64,000 bases of DNA, taken from Octopus sinensis (Eukaryota). The stretch lies in assembly GCF_006345805.1 (NCBI RefSeq), contig NC_043002.1:37138001-37202000 (forward strand), in the 5' to 3' direction. Every line of letters begins with the position of its first letter. Position 1 is the stretch's first letter. The translations under genes and the position numbers were made by a program. Below, one piece after another: positions 1-12,455 of the stretch. The notes under the pieces are model-generated. The model made no database searches, was not told the DNA's origin, and worked only from the letters and a program-made list of their open reading frames with translations.

Positions 1-348
1 TGCTTAAATCCTTTGGATCTCTTCAGTTTGGCTCACAGAGTCTTAATTATATTTTTTTAACTAAACAGTTTAAAACTTCATATACTGGTGTTATTTCTCA
101 TGCTGAACATGGTTTACTTTCAACATTTTGGATAAAATTTCATACTTCAGAAGTTATTTCGTGTTAAAGTTGTCATATTAGGTAATTTTAACCAATCAAC
201 AACGTGTATTCAGCTGAAGAAACCTACTGCTGTTTGCAGTAGTAATCAAAGAGCAACAACTTCCAGGTCATCTCTGGCAAAAAGAAATTGTTAGAATAAT
301 TTATCAGACACAGAATTAGTAGTGGAGATAATTATTTGACTAAATCCT

Positions 349-578
349 TTAACTATTTCGATACCAACCCGGCTGAAATTGCCTCTGGCTCTGTAGTACA
401 AATGTCTTGTTTTCATAAGTTTTGGATTAAAATCTTCCACCAAACCTTAGTCTGAATTTATGTTCTTAATACCAGCTTAATGATAACTAAGTTATTTTAC
501 TAAATTCTTTGTTATATTGAAAATCAATTGAGGGAAACACGGAGCATTTCAAAACAAATATGGTTACAAAAGGGTTAA
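349..578. mobile_element. piggyBac-like MITE
   Basis: TTAA at both ends; right end ...ggttacaaaAGGG|TTAA, left end degenerate; interior matches the reverse complement of 7593-7817. Confidence 0.6.
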
Positions 579-649
579 AGCAGTCACTCAGCATGACTGC
601 AGTCCAATGCCTAAAGTAACTAAAAGAATAAAGAAAAAAATGCACTGAG

Positions 650-775
650 CAATACATTACAATTGCATCTGTGTTTGTTTTATTGACCCTGGAGAGATGG
701 ATGAAAGGTGAAAATAGACCTTGGTGAGATTTGAATTCAGAACTACAGATTGAGAAATATGAAATTAAAATATTA
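650..775 (-). mobile_element. SINE family 2 fragment
   Basis: tttattgaccc...gaaaggtgaaa...gaccttggtgagatttgaattcagaac matches other family 2 copies. Confidence 0.6.
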
Positions 776-780
776 CAGTT

Positions 781-918
781 GCAGGCATAGCTTTGCAGTT
801 AAGAAGCTTGCTTTGTGACATTGAGTTCAGACCTATTGCATGGTTCCTTGACCAAGTGTCTTTTGCTATAGCCCCAGGCCAACTAATATTTTGAGAGTGA
901 ACTTGGTAGACAGAAACC
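781..918 (+). mobile_element. SINE family 1, 5' half (3' half displaced to 2258-2480)
   Basis: Degenerate tRNA-like head, ccttgaccaagtgtc..ctatagcc core and ggtagacagaaac; remainder resumes after nested insertions. Confidence 0.65.
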
Positions 919-934
919 TTGTGTGTGTGTGTGT

Positions 935-1113
935 TTTTACATATTTTTTCCTCTGTTTTTTTTCATTCTCTCCATTTTTTCCTCTTAATCCTTTCTGTCA
1001 AAGAGCATAAGCTCAAAACATAAAAGACTCTTCCATTTTTCCTGAGTGTTAAGCTAATACACCCACTTGTTGTTCCTTTACTTGTGTTTGTCTTTTGTTT
1101 ACTGTAAATTTGA

Positions 1114-1116
<3 letters not shown>
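935..1116 (+). mobile_element. Family C Penelope-like 3' fragment with decayed hammerhead-like motif (duplicate at about 1595-1778)
   Basis: Pyrimidine-rich lead, ctttCTGTCAAAGAGCataaGCTCAAAACATAAAAGA, ends in (TA)n; homologous to 30545, 41195, 63240. Confidence 0.55.
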
Positions 1117-1149
<33 letters not shown>

Positions 1150-1402
1150 AGTGTCGCCGTTCTTGATTGGTCATTGTCTTTGGACTGGCAGTAGGTTTGC
1201 TGCAGTCAGGGATAATGAAACAATGGACAAGTGAGCATTCTTTAATGTTTTGTATGAATGTAAGAACGAGAGTTCTGTATGCTACTTTATTTTTTAAAAT
1301 GATAAAAACTATTTAAATACATCAATGCTTTTTAAAAATGTCTTTCAACTAAAGATTCTTAGTTTTCAACCTATAAAAATCAAATGGAAATTGTAGTTGT
1401 GA

Positions 1403-1578
1403 TACCCGTGCTGGTGGCATGTAAAAAGCACCTACTACACTCTTGGAGTGGTTGGCATTAGGAAGGGCATCCAACTGTAGAAACATTGCCAGATCAGATT
1501 GGAGCCTGGTGTGGCCTCCTGGCTTGCCAGTTGCCATTCAAACCATCCAACCCATGCCAGCATGATGATGCTGCTGAT
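1403..1578 (+). mobile_element. Short element with RTE-type 3' tail (duplicate at 2065-2240)
   Basis: gtgctggtggcatgtaaaaagcacc...ccaacccatgccagcatg+(GAT)n, homologous to the 3' end of the RTE LINE at 47975. Confidence 0.8.
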
Positions 1579-1773
1579 ATATGTGTGTGTGTGTTTTTAC
1601 ATATTTTTTCCTCTGTTTTTTTTCATTCTCTCCATTTTTTCCTCTTAATCCTTTCTGTCAAAGAGCATAAGCTCAAAACATAAAAGACTCTTCCATTTTT
1701 CCTGAGTGTTAAGCTAATACACCCACTTGTTGTTCCTTTACTTGTGTTTGTCTTTTGTTTACTGTAAATTTGA

Positions 1774-1811
<38 letters not shown>

Positions 1812-2257
1812 AGTGTCGCCGTTCTTGATTGGTCATTGTCTTTGGACTGGCAGTAGGTTTGCTGCAGTCAGGGATAATGAAACAATGGACAAGTGAGCAT
1901 TCTTTAATGTTTTGTATGAATGTAAGAACGAGAGTTCTGTATGCTACTTTATTTTTTAAAATGATAAAAACTATTTAAATACATCAATGCTTTTTAAAAA
2001 TGTCTTTCAACTAAAGATTCTTAGTTTTCAACCTATAAAAATCAAATGGAAATTGTAGTTGTGATACCCGTGCTGGTGGCATGTAAAAAGCACCTACTAC
2101 ACTCTTGGAGTGGTTGGCATTAGGAAGGGCATCCAACTGTAGAAACATTGCCAGATCAGATTGGAGCCTGGTGTGGCCTCCTGGCTTGCCAGTTGCCATT
2201 CAAACCATCCAACCCATGCCAGCATGATGATGCTGCTGATATATGTGTGTGTGTGTT

Positions 2258-2480
2258 TATTTTTGTCTGTGTTTGTCAACCACCGCCTACTGCTTGATAA
2301 CTGGTATTGGTTTGTTTACATCCCTGTTACTTAATGATTCAGCAAAAGGGATTGATAGAATAAATAGCTGACTTAAAAAACAAAAACAAAACTTAAGTAC
2401 TGGGGTTGCTTTGTCTGACCAAAACCCTTGAAGGTGGTGCTCCAGCATGGCTGCAATCCAAAATGATAAAAGCTAAGAGA
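2258..2480 (+). mobile_element. SINE family 1, 3' half
   Basis: tgtctgtgtttgtc...ttgataactgg...ggtgctccagcatggctgca. Confidence 0.65.
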
Positions 2481-2929
2481 TAATAACGTATAATGTATTT
2501 GATATATGAAACACTATAAGGAAATTGTTTCTCAAAAATTCTAAGATAAAATTAATGATCAGTATTTACTTTATTCACATTTGACAAATATCCATCAAAC
2601 ATAAATAATGTAAATAATGTACATAATTCCTCATCTCTTAAATATAGAACTGTAAAATTAATGAGTTTTGATATGATTATATACCATGGGGAGAAGAGAA
2701 AATAGACTTCCTTTTTCTTATCACTCAGTGGAGTATTGCCCATGCTTTCTTTTTATTTTTTAACCCCTGGGCTTCTAAGACTGGGAGGAGGGAAGTAGAA
2801 GGTATTATTAAACAAGGTGACCTTGCCTGAATGCAATATAGTGAATTTTTCCAAAGGTGCCTAAAGATCAGGTGGCAGTATTAAACTGGGTACCTGATTT
2901 ATGTTTATACCCTTATGCTAGCTCACCAG

Positions 2930-3065
2930 CTGAGGTACCACTGGTACTTTATTTATCAACTCTTTGAAGGCTGAAAAGCAAAGTAATTCAGTTTGGTTGG
3001 ATTTTAAGTCAGAAACCAAAGAGCTGGAATAAATACTGCAAGGAATATATAGTCTGATACTATAA
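2930..3065 (-). mobile_element. SINE family 2, degenerate
   Basis: ctggtactttatttatcaac...cagaaac...aaatactgcaag similar to the reverse complement of family 2. Confidence 0.5.
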
Positions 3066-3122
3066 TGATTCTTCCAATTCAATGCTTAGAAATGACAAAG
3101 GCCTCCATACATACACATGTAC

Positions 3123-3188
<66 letters not shown>

Positions 3189-3199
3189 TAATGTAAATA

Positions 3200-3390
3200 A
3201 ATGAAAGAATGGAGTTGAACGACGATTTAACAAAATTCCTTTATTCTCGACATATGTTTCGAAGACTGCATATTCCTAATTTCGAAGGAATAAGGGGTGC
3301 ATTATGCCGCCTTCTCATCAGGAAAGACAAGGAACTTATGTCAGCATCATGATGAACAAAAACTTTTAGATGACTGCCCACACGGAGTAT
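3200..3390 (-). mobile_element. Non-coding hammerhead-bearing element (family A1) flanked by (TA)n
   Basis: About 190 bp of complex sequence between (TA)n/(TG)n runs, containing a hammerhead motif. Confidence 0.55.
3245..3325 (-). ncRNA. Type I hammerhead ribozyme motif
   Basis: Reverse complement TTTC-CTGATGA-GAAG(46 nt)CTTC-GAAA-C-ATAT-G-TC-GAGA: intact core, palindromic stem III loop, GUC cleavage triplet, 4-bp stem I. Confidence 0.75.
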
Positions 3391-4339
3391 ATATATTAAT
3401 GTATATACATATGTGTGTGTGTGTGTGTGTATAAATATATATATATATATATATACCTTCGAAACATGGAGTAGATGAAACAGAGGTGGCTGAAGAAGGA
3501 GAATTTTCCTTGTGTTGTATGTCTTTTACTCTGTTTTATCGTTGTTTAAAAAAATTGTCCGTTTCCATGGTTTTGTTTTTATGTTTTCGTTTCTCATTGT
3601 GTTCAACGTTTTTTGGGTGTCCTGTACACATATATGCATGTATATATACATATAGATGTAGGTACATACATATATGTATGTATGTATGCATGTTTTATTT
3701 ATTATTTTGTTATTGTATATATATATATGTACATACACACACGCATATATATATACACACAACATATATATATTAATATATATATATGTGTTTGCATGTG
3801 TGTGTGTATGTATATGCATACACACATATAATTCATAATTCTGTGTCGGTGTGTTTTTTCTTCTTTACAAAGTTTTATTCAGCTAGCTCTACAAGTACAA
3901 ATGACAAGGTCATTTTATTTGACAAACTTGCCTCCTTGATGACTTAAGTATAATCCCTGCAAAGCTATTAACATCTCCTTTTCTATTCATTTTTTTTCTA
4001 TATAATCATTTATGATTATTTATATAATTTATTGGTAAAAAAAAATATTCATAATGGTCCAATTCCTGCTTATCATATCGTTTTGATTCTGAAGAGGTAA
4101 TGTATATCTTTTCCCTTGCATACTAAGTTCAATGTGGCAAGTAAAATTGAGCAGCAGCTCTATTGACTCATCAAGGATGTTGCTTGGTGAAAGCAAGTTT
4201 TATTGTGGAGACAGAGTCGGTTAATTTTCTCAATGATTCATTGATTTATGTGTACAGCATTAAAGCAAACTGTATTGATCCATCAGCACTGATCTGACAT
4301 CTTTTCCTTGCTCTTTGTTTAAAAAGAATCTTTACATAT

Positions 4340-4372
4340 ACATGCATATATATACGTATATGTATGTATATG

Positions 4373-4454
<82 letters not shown>

Positions 4455-4790
4455 TATACACATACACATATAGATATATATTATGCATGCTTATGTATGA
4501 AATTTTTTTATATATTTATACATATATAATGCATATATATATATATTTACCCTATATGTACACGTGCACTTATATGTATGTATGTATGTGTGTATATATA
4601 TTTGTACATACATACATACACCTACACACACACATATATATATTTATACATACATACATATATATATATACATACATACATGCATACATGCATACATACA
4701 TAAATACATATATATATATATACACACGGACACACACATATATATATATATTCTACTCATGCAAAGAAACATAAGCACACATAATAAACA
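4340..4790. repeat. Compound (TA)n/(TACA)n/(CA)n microsatellite
   Basis: Direct inspection. Confidence 0.95.
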
Positions 4791-5654
4791 CATAAACTAT
4801 ACACCCACATGCAAGTTATAAACACAGATGATACTGAAATGAGCAATTATTATTTCTTATGGTTTAAAGAGAATATTTTGAAGAAAGGAAAAGAGACAAA
4901 CACAAAGATTTGTTAAAAGCATCAGTAAACTGTTTCAATGAAACTTACTTCCATAAACTCAGGACTTAATATTACAGACTATGTATATTTTATTATGTTT
5001 CTTTTCTTTTCTATTAATAATGTCTGAATCAATGGCACTTTCTATAGAGAGGTTTCTTGTTTCTTTTACTGTGTGTGTGTAGTTTAACTAAGTAGTCTTA
5101 GGTTCTACAAAGTAGTTTCTTTTTATTAATATAGCAGTTAATATTTAGTACTTACAGTATTTCATGACATCATGGCTGGTTGTGATGTTAAACTGGTAGA
5201 TTTATAATACTGCCCTGTTTAATACAATGATGACAATGACAGCAACCACTACCACTTCAGCCTCTGCTATCACCAGTACTTACTTGTACTTGTACTTGTG
5301 ACAGCATAAACCCAGAGTGGGTTGAGCTGGCTTCTTCTCTCATAGAAGTTTCATGGGAATTCACAAGCGGTCCCTGACATCCCGCATGCATATCCCGAGT
5401 GACGGGACACCCTGTTTGTCGCGGAGTCTCCACAGATGCAGGGACAGAATGACCTTGAAGCCGCCGGTTGCCAATCAGATGCTTCTTGGAATTTTCACCA
5501 GAGCCCTGTTGGCCAAGCTGCAGTGCTAATACCGCTTGGTGCCAGACCAATCCGCCTTGGGTGGCCCTACCAGGAACCGAAGTTCCCAACGGCATAGCTC
5601 TGACACTGCCTGTTTACACCACCTTACCGCTGGCTCTTGGGTTGCCTTTAGTGG

Positions 5655-5833
5655 CATAAACAATGTTTTAAGTATTATTACTGGGTTCATTTTTGGTATT
5701 GCCACTTTTTCGGTTTTAGGTAATGCTGCTAGGTCTGTTTTATGTGTTGCTACTAGGTCCATTTTAAGTATTGCTACTAGGTCTGGTTCAAGTATTGCTA
5801 CTTGGTTCGTTTTAAGTATTCCTACTTGTTCTG
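5655..5833 (-). repeat. Degenerate 24-bp tandem repeat, about 7 units, open on the minus strand as 8-aa repeats (xDLVAILK-like)
   Basis: tgctactaggtc-like motif at 5724, 5748, 5772, 5796, 5820. Confidence 0.75.
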
Positions 5834-6489
5834 TGCATTAGGGGAAACTAGGTAAACACCCAGGGTGCTAAAATCTGGTCTCACACAAATTCTGAACACC
5901 TCAGAGAAAATTTCTTAATCCTATTTAAAAATAAAAGAATTCATGGTAACTTAGTTATAAGGACAGCAGAACTTCTAGAACAAGAATGAAGTAAGTCATG
6001 GGTTTCTTAATCTAATATTTAAAAATGTGCATGAAAACTTAGTTATAAGGAGAGCAAAATGCTATCTCTGAGTATAACTCATAAGTTGTTGCTTCTTCCC
6101 TTTTCTCAATCGGCCAGGAATAGCAGCCTAATTTCTCTCAAGTCATGTTCTGTTATCTTTTCAGCAAGAATACATTAGATAATGTAGGTGTGAGTTTTCT
6201 AGACATAAAAGACTGGATAGTCATGTGTAGAATGACTTTTGATCATAGATCTGCTAAACCAAGAAGAAGAAGAAAAAGAAGAAGAAGAACAACAACCTCC
6301 AGTCTTGGGGGCGTTACAAAAACTGTTATAAGCGATACTATATTTTTTTCTGACTAAACTGCAAAGATAATGAAACAAGAATTTGGCAATACTAGACGCA
6401 ATATTGTGTCCATCATTGTTGTGTCATGTATAATTAAGTATAAGGTGTTGATGGGTCTTTGTCTTTACAGAGGTTTCTGTCAATACTAA

Positions 6490-6650
6490 GAAACATTGGA
6501 CAAAATGTACTTCATTATACTCTGAGTTCAATTCTTGCAAAGCTCAACTTCACCTTTTATCCTTCTGAAGTTGATAAATTAAGTACAGGTCAAGTAATAA
6601 GGAAGATATAATTAGCTGTTTCTTCATTATGAATGTATAGGCTTTGTGTC
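6490..6650 (+). mobile_element. SINE family 2 fragment
   Basis: ctgagttcaattc...caacttcacctttatccttctgaagttgataaattaagtac. Confidence 0.6.
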
Positions 6651-6994
6651 AATGTACTAAATTAATATTTAGTACTATAGACTTTCTACAAATCAATATT
6701 TAATACTAAGTTCAATAAAGACATTTCTCTTATCACATAGATGGATTAGAATTTGATTGAGGAGCTTTTCATTATTATCTTTAAAGATTTTTCTTTGATA
6801 TATACATTTTCCGATATTTCATTTTGTAATTTACATAATTTCTTATTACAAAATAGATTAATATTTTATTTTCAATATATATAGAGAGAGCAAAGATTAA
6901 ATTTTTTTTGAAAACTCACATGCTGAATGATAAGTATAGAATAAATGTAATCTAAAAATAATATTCATGTTGTTTTTGCTTGTCAGGTGTCTTT

Positions 6995-7450
6995 AATCAT
7001 CATCATCATTTTAATGTCCACTTTTCTGTGCTGTTTGGGTAGGACTGTCGGTCACTTCATGCAATAGTATCTTTAATATTATTTTTTTAGGAAGGCCATG
7101 GACTTGACCCTTCGCAGGGCCTCTGAAGACGTGTGGGAAGGAGGAAGTTATTTGCTAATCGGAGGGTTGCCTTGAATGCATGCTACAGAGAAGAGATGTG
7201 AGATGGTAGTGTTAAATCAGACGATAGTTGAAGTCAATCAGTCATGCAGACAGTGGCTGGATTTCAACACTTCTGAGTTCAGCAAAGAACCAGAATGAAT
7301 AGTGGAAGAATAGGAGTGAATGCTAGACAGTGGACCTTTGGATGGTAGTGCATTAGAAGAGGATCTCATATCGATGAAAAGAAACTTTGAAAACACCAGT
7401 GTCTCATAATATGAGTTGAAGTGCAAATCTAAGGCTGACCTTTTCATTAG
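6995..7450 (-). mobile_element. Possible decayed CR1/L2-type LINE 3' fragment
   Basis: Minus-strand peptides RSSSNALP and LPSH..HAFK resemble CR1/L2 C-termini; ends in (GAT)n; heavily degraded. Confidence 0.35.
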
Positions 7451-7592
7451 GAAACTTTTTTTAGTGTCAGAGTAAATTACAAATGCATAAGAAAATGGAA
7501 GTGAATGTGTGCTTAAAAGAAATAAGAAATCTTTAATATAACTAAGTCATAATCATGTACCTTATACTAAAATACTGTTTTGTTCTTTGGAT

Positions 7593-7930
7593 TTAACCCT
7601 GTCATTACTGTATTTATTTTGAGATACTCTGTTTTTCTTTCAATTACTTTAAATATAACCAAGAATTTAGTAAAATAACTTTATCATTCAGCTAGTGTTA
7701 GGAACATAAATTGTGACTAAGATTTGGTGGAAGATTTTAATTCAAAACTTATGAAAACAAGACATTTGTACATAGAGCCAGAGCCAGTTTCAGCCGGGTT
7801 GATAACAAAAGGGTTAACCCTTTTGTTACCACAATTTATGTTCCTAACACTAGCTGAATGATAACTAAGTTATTTTACTAAATTCTTGGTTATATTTAAA
7901 GTAATTGAAAGAAAAACAGAGTATCTCAAA
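7593..7930. mobile_element. piggyBac-like MITE (7593-7817) plus inverted, internally deleted copy (7814-7930) sharing one TTAA
   Basis: TTAACCCT...AAAGGGTTAACCCTTTT; arms 7621-7716 and 7829-7927 are near-perfect reverse complements. Confidence 0.7.
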
Positions 7931-9569
7931 AAACCACTTTCTTCTCACATGAAATTTTAAAGATTTTATCACTTCTATTCGAGCGCATTTTCCTTTTATT
8001 GAGTGTTGAATAAGAATAACTACAGACTGTTAAGATGCATTCATTATCAGTTCAATGATGTCTGTAGATGCAATCTTAACTGCAGCAAATATCCTTTTCT
8101 TCAATGCTATGGGTGGACTCCTGGCATAATGTTAGTTGTTCCTATGCCATCACAGACAGGCTGTAAAGCCAATATATCGCCTTCTTTTATCAGCTTTTTT
8201 TCTTTTAATAATGTGCATTCTATATCTAAATGAATGAAAGCAATTCTCTTGCTTACACTGTGTTATAATATTTTAATTTCTACTACTTATTACCACTCAA
8301 TTGCTTTCTCAAGTTTAATACGTAAATCAAATGTATAATTTAAAAGATATAAAATGTGATAAAGTTTCTAAGTAGAAGTTAGATCATTTTCTTTGTTTAA
8401 TTACAAAACAATATTGTGTTTAGTGAACTATTTATGAAGACAAATAAATCTATTTGTACATGTTTGGAAAGCAGAAGATGAAATCAGAAAAGGAAGATCT
8501 TTAAACCAGGGGAAAGAGGTGGTTTTTGTTTGTTTGCTTTGAAATATCTGGAAGAGTTCCAACCAAGGGAAAATACAGACTAATGGCAGCTGTAACTTTC
8601 TGATTGAATCAATAAACTGATTGGTCGTTAACCTGACATATCATGTATTCACTGCCTTACTAGCAAATCCATAGAAAATAGTTTCATTATGTGTGTGAGT
8701 GTATTTTTTTATACTGCAGTTTCATCTAGAGCAAAGGAGCAGTATCCTTCATAGGGCTTGCAAGATTGGTGCAACTAATACAGTTAATGCTTCTCTTGAA
8801 CAAAGTACAAGTTGATGGTTGCAGGAAAAACAAGGGGAGGGAGGAAATTCCAAATGGGATACTGTTCTGTGGTGGAACCACTAGATGAAGTGATCAATGT
8901 AAGGACTGGTGGTAGATGGTAGGTAAAATATGGATGATGAGAGGATGAGAGATTCTAAAGTATTTGTATATGAAAGTGTGACATATATTCTGCTATCTCT
9001 GCAGAGTAGAGGCCACTGGAGTACAAGATGAAAAAAAAAAAACAGAGATGGGGACACATACATCCACTTAGATGTTTAAATACATCTAAATATGCAAATA
9101 TGAAGAAAATTAATTAATACAAAGTCTTTACATATAATCTATGATCTGAATGGTTTTGAGCATGTTACTAAAATCTTTGAATTGTAAAGCAAGTACATAT
9201 ATACACACACGCACACACACACACACATACATACATATATATTTATGTGTGTGTGTATGCATGTATGTGCAAGAGTAAGCATTTGTGTGTTTGTGGGCCT
9301 TAACATATCAGAAGAAACTATTTGCGTAGTTAAAAGTGAAGGTTACACACACATGCACAAACATGCACACGCACACAAACACACACACACACACATACAC
9401 ACAAGATGAAATTGTTGCAAAAGCATTCTTTTTGGCTTAGATAACAATACTTGTTAACAGTAAGAACACCATTGCATTTTGTATACAAATATGTATATGA
9501 TATCCATACATATACAAATATATATATATACAAAATGATACAATGTATCTACAAAAACTACACATGCAC

Positions 9570-9765
<196 letters not shown>

Positions 9766-10605
9766 GATGAAACTGCTTAAAACTGTCAATGGAGGAAGTT
9801 GGAGTATTATTCATCCTGAAGGTATATAAACGAAATCAAACAAATGCAGGAATAAAAATGTAAGTAAAACATTCCTTTCTTTCTTACTGTCTTCCTCAAT
9901 AAACTAATTCTCTACAACAAATAAATAAATGAACATTTTCAAGAAAGATTTCATTATTTATTTTTCCAGCTAGGAGCTTATCTTTGCAGATAATACCCCA
10001 AGATGTAAGATAGAATCGCTAAAACTAGATGGCATTGCTGGCCAAATAGAGAATGCTACAGAAAGGAAATGAAAGCAGCTTTGTGCCAAACATTTACAAA
10101 ACAAATAAGAAAACACTTTGTGTCTCAAAACTGAATTATTAGAAATCATAATTCAGGATCTTTTCCAAAAGTGGTAAAATAATCTTTCATAGAAACTAGT
10201 TGATTTCTAAATTTAAAAAGAAATCTTTGCTGTGTTTGTCATATCAAATGATTTTAAAGAAGAGATTTCGTATTACTAACTTGAATAAAAAATATATATC
10301 AGTTTAAAAATGGTTATTTTCTTCCTTTTGCATTTGCTATCTATTAATAATGCACATGTGTGTATGTGTGTGTGTATGTGTGTGTGTGTGTGCATGTGTG
10401 AGCATGTGAGATTAAGCATGTATGAACATGTGACTGAGAGATTATATGTGCAAGTATATGCGTGCATATATGTTTATATATTTGTAAACATGGATATGTC
10501 TATGTGTGTATGTGTGTGTGTGTGCACACATGTGAGAATATGGGTACACTAGCTTGTGTGTGCAAACATATAGTACAGCATGTGTGTGGGCTTGCATTTG
10601 TTGTG

Positions 10606-10950
10606 CAAATCGACCCCAGGACTTATTCTTTGTAAGCCCAGTACTTATTCTATCGGTCTCTTTTGCCGAACCGCTAAGTGACGGGGACATAAACACACCA
10701 GCATCGGTTGTTAAGCAATGCTAGGGGGACAAACACAGACACACAAACACATATACACACACATATATATATATATACATATATATACGACAGGCTTCTT
10801 TCAGTTTCCGTCTACCAAATCCACTCACAAGGCATTGGTCGGCCCGGGGCTATAGCAGAAGACACTTGCCCAAGATGCCACGCAGTGGGACTGAACTCTG
10901 AACCATGTGGTTGGTTAGCAAGCTACTTACCACACAGCCACTCCTGCACC
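10606..10950 (-). mobile_element. SINE family 1, young copy, 3' tail missing
   Basis: Reverse complement nearly identical to 20088-20420. Confidence 0.9.
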
Positions 10951-12175
10951 TTGTGAATTCATGTGTGTATTTCTTCTATTAGTTGTTTTTCTTTTATTAG
11001 TATACATGCAAATGTGTTTCTGCATGATCGTTTGTATGTGTATAACATGTGAGTCTGTTTGCATGCATATCAGCCTGTCTCTTTGTCTGTTCATGTTAGT
11101 GTGTGTGTGTGTGTGTGTGTGTGTGATTGGATGTGCGCATGCATATATGTGTGTATGTGTCTATACTATGTAAAGATGATGGAAAATATTAACTAATACA
11201 TTTTGAAAATCCTTTAAAAGAAAATATTAACTGTCCTCCAATAAGATGTAATACAAAATATAACAGTTCGCAAACATGATGAGAAGATAAGAAAAGATGT
11301 GAATACTTGTTATAATAGTAAAACATATTAATTTACATTGATACCCCTCCATGGACTTACAAAGAGTAGTTGGGAGGGTACTTTATATATACACTTAAAT
11401 ATATACAAAATTAGATAAGAAAATAATGACTATGATGACAATATTGTAGTGATGATGATGGTAATGATGATGATAATTAGGAGGAGGAAGCCTTATAAAA
11501 AATTACTGAAACAAAAGAAACATTTGAAAATGTAAAACAACAGAAATACTAACAGTTTCCTTATTCTTCAAGCTAAGTGTATCAACTTATGTGATATAGC
11601 AGACAAAACATTCTTCTTATAACACCTATAACACTTAACTACTAAATCACTGGCAGAGACTCGAAGTGGATTGCTAGGTTTACTAGAAATAGCAGCCAAA
11701 TTTCACTCCAGCCAGACCCTACCTATCAAATATGTTGAGTAGGTGTGGATTGAGAGAGATGTCAGTTGATGTTTTTGTGCAGATGCCAGTTCAATGTACT
11801 GGCATATTTCAACTTCCAGCAATTCAAGTTATATATTTTTTGACTTTATGTCAGTTTTCTTTTTAAAGAAATGAATGGAAAAGAAAAAAAAAACTAAACC
11901 TTAACTTCAATTGATTTATCCAAATTTATTTCAGTCTCAGCAAACATTTAGAAGCATAAAAATAAAAAAAAAAGAAAAGGAAACCCTAAAAAGCCAATAC
12001 TGAAGTGTAAAATCAAATCAAATACATGTGAAAATATGTACAAACTATTTATTAAAACAGAGATAAGCTAATAAATGTTTACAATTTTTTTTGTTGTGTT
12101 ACTTCATTTTTTATTTTTCCATTTCCCAACTTAAGTTGTGGTATGCCTACATTAATTTGTATAAATATATGCAAA

Positions 12176-12455
12176 GGCACAGGTTTGGCTGTGTGGTAAG
12201 AAACTTGCTTCTCAACCACAAATTTTTGGATTCAGTCTCACTGCTTGGCACCTTGGGCAAATGTCTTCTATTAGAGTCTTGGGCTGACCAAAGCCTTGTG
12301 AGTAGATTTGGTAGATGGAAACTGAAAGAAGCACGTTGTATATATGTATATATCTATATGTGTGTGTCTTTGTGGCTGTATTTGTCCCCTCCCCTACCAC
12401 CACCACGCCACTTGACATTTAATGCTGGTGTGTTTACATCCCCATAACTAAGTGG
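12176..12455 (+). mobile_element. SINE family 1, 3' part replaced by a Tc1 fragment
   Basis: ggcacaggtttggctgtgtggtaag...cccataactaagtgg. Confidence 0.8.

Larger units (their letters stand above)
920..2258. repeat. Near-perfect tandem duplication, two copies of a 660-662 bp unit
   Basis: 920-1580 equals 1581-2258 except (TA)n length; identical ORFs at 1349-1537 and 2011-2199; junctions in (GT)n. Confidence 0.95.

Noticed and set aside
1-30. Minus-strand CTGAAGA-GATCC-AAA-GGATT near the window edge
   Set aside because: GAAA is absent and the sequence is cut by the window boundary; cannot be evaluated.
4089-4125. CTGAAGAGG as a hammerhead core
   Set aside because: No closing stem II or GAAA downstream.
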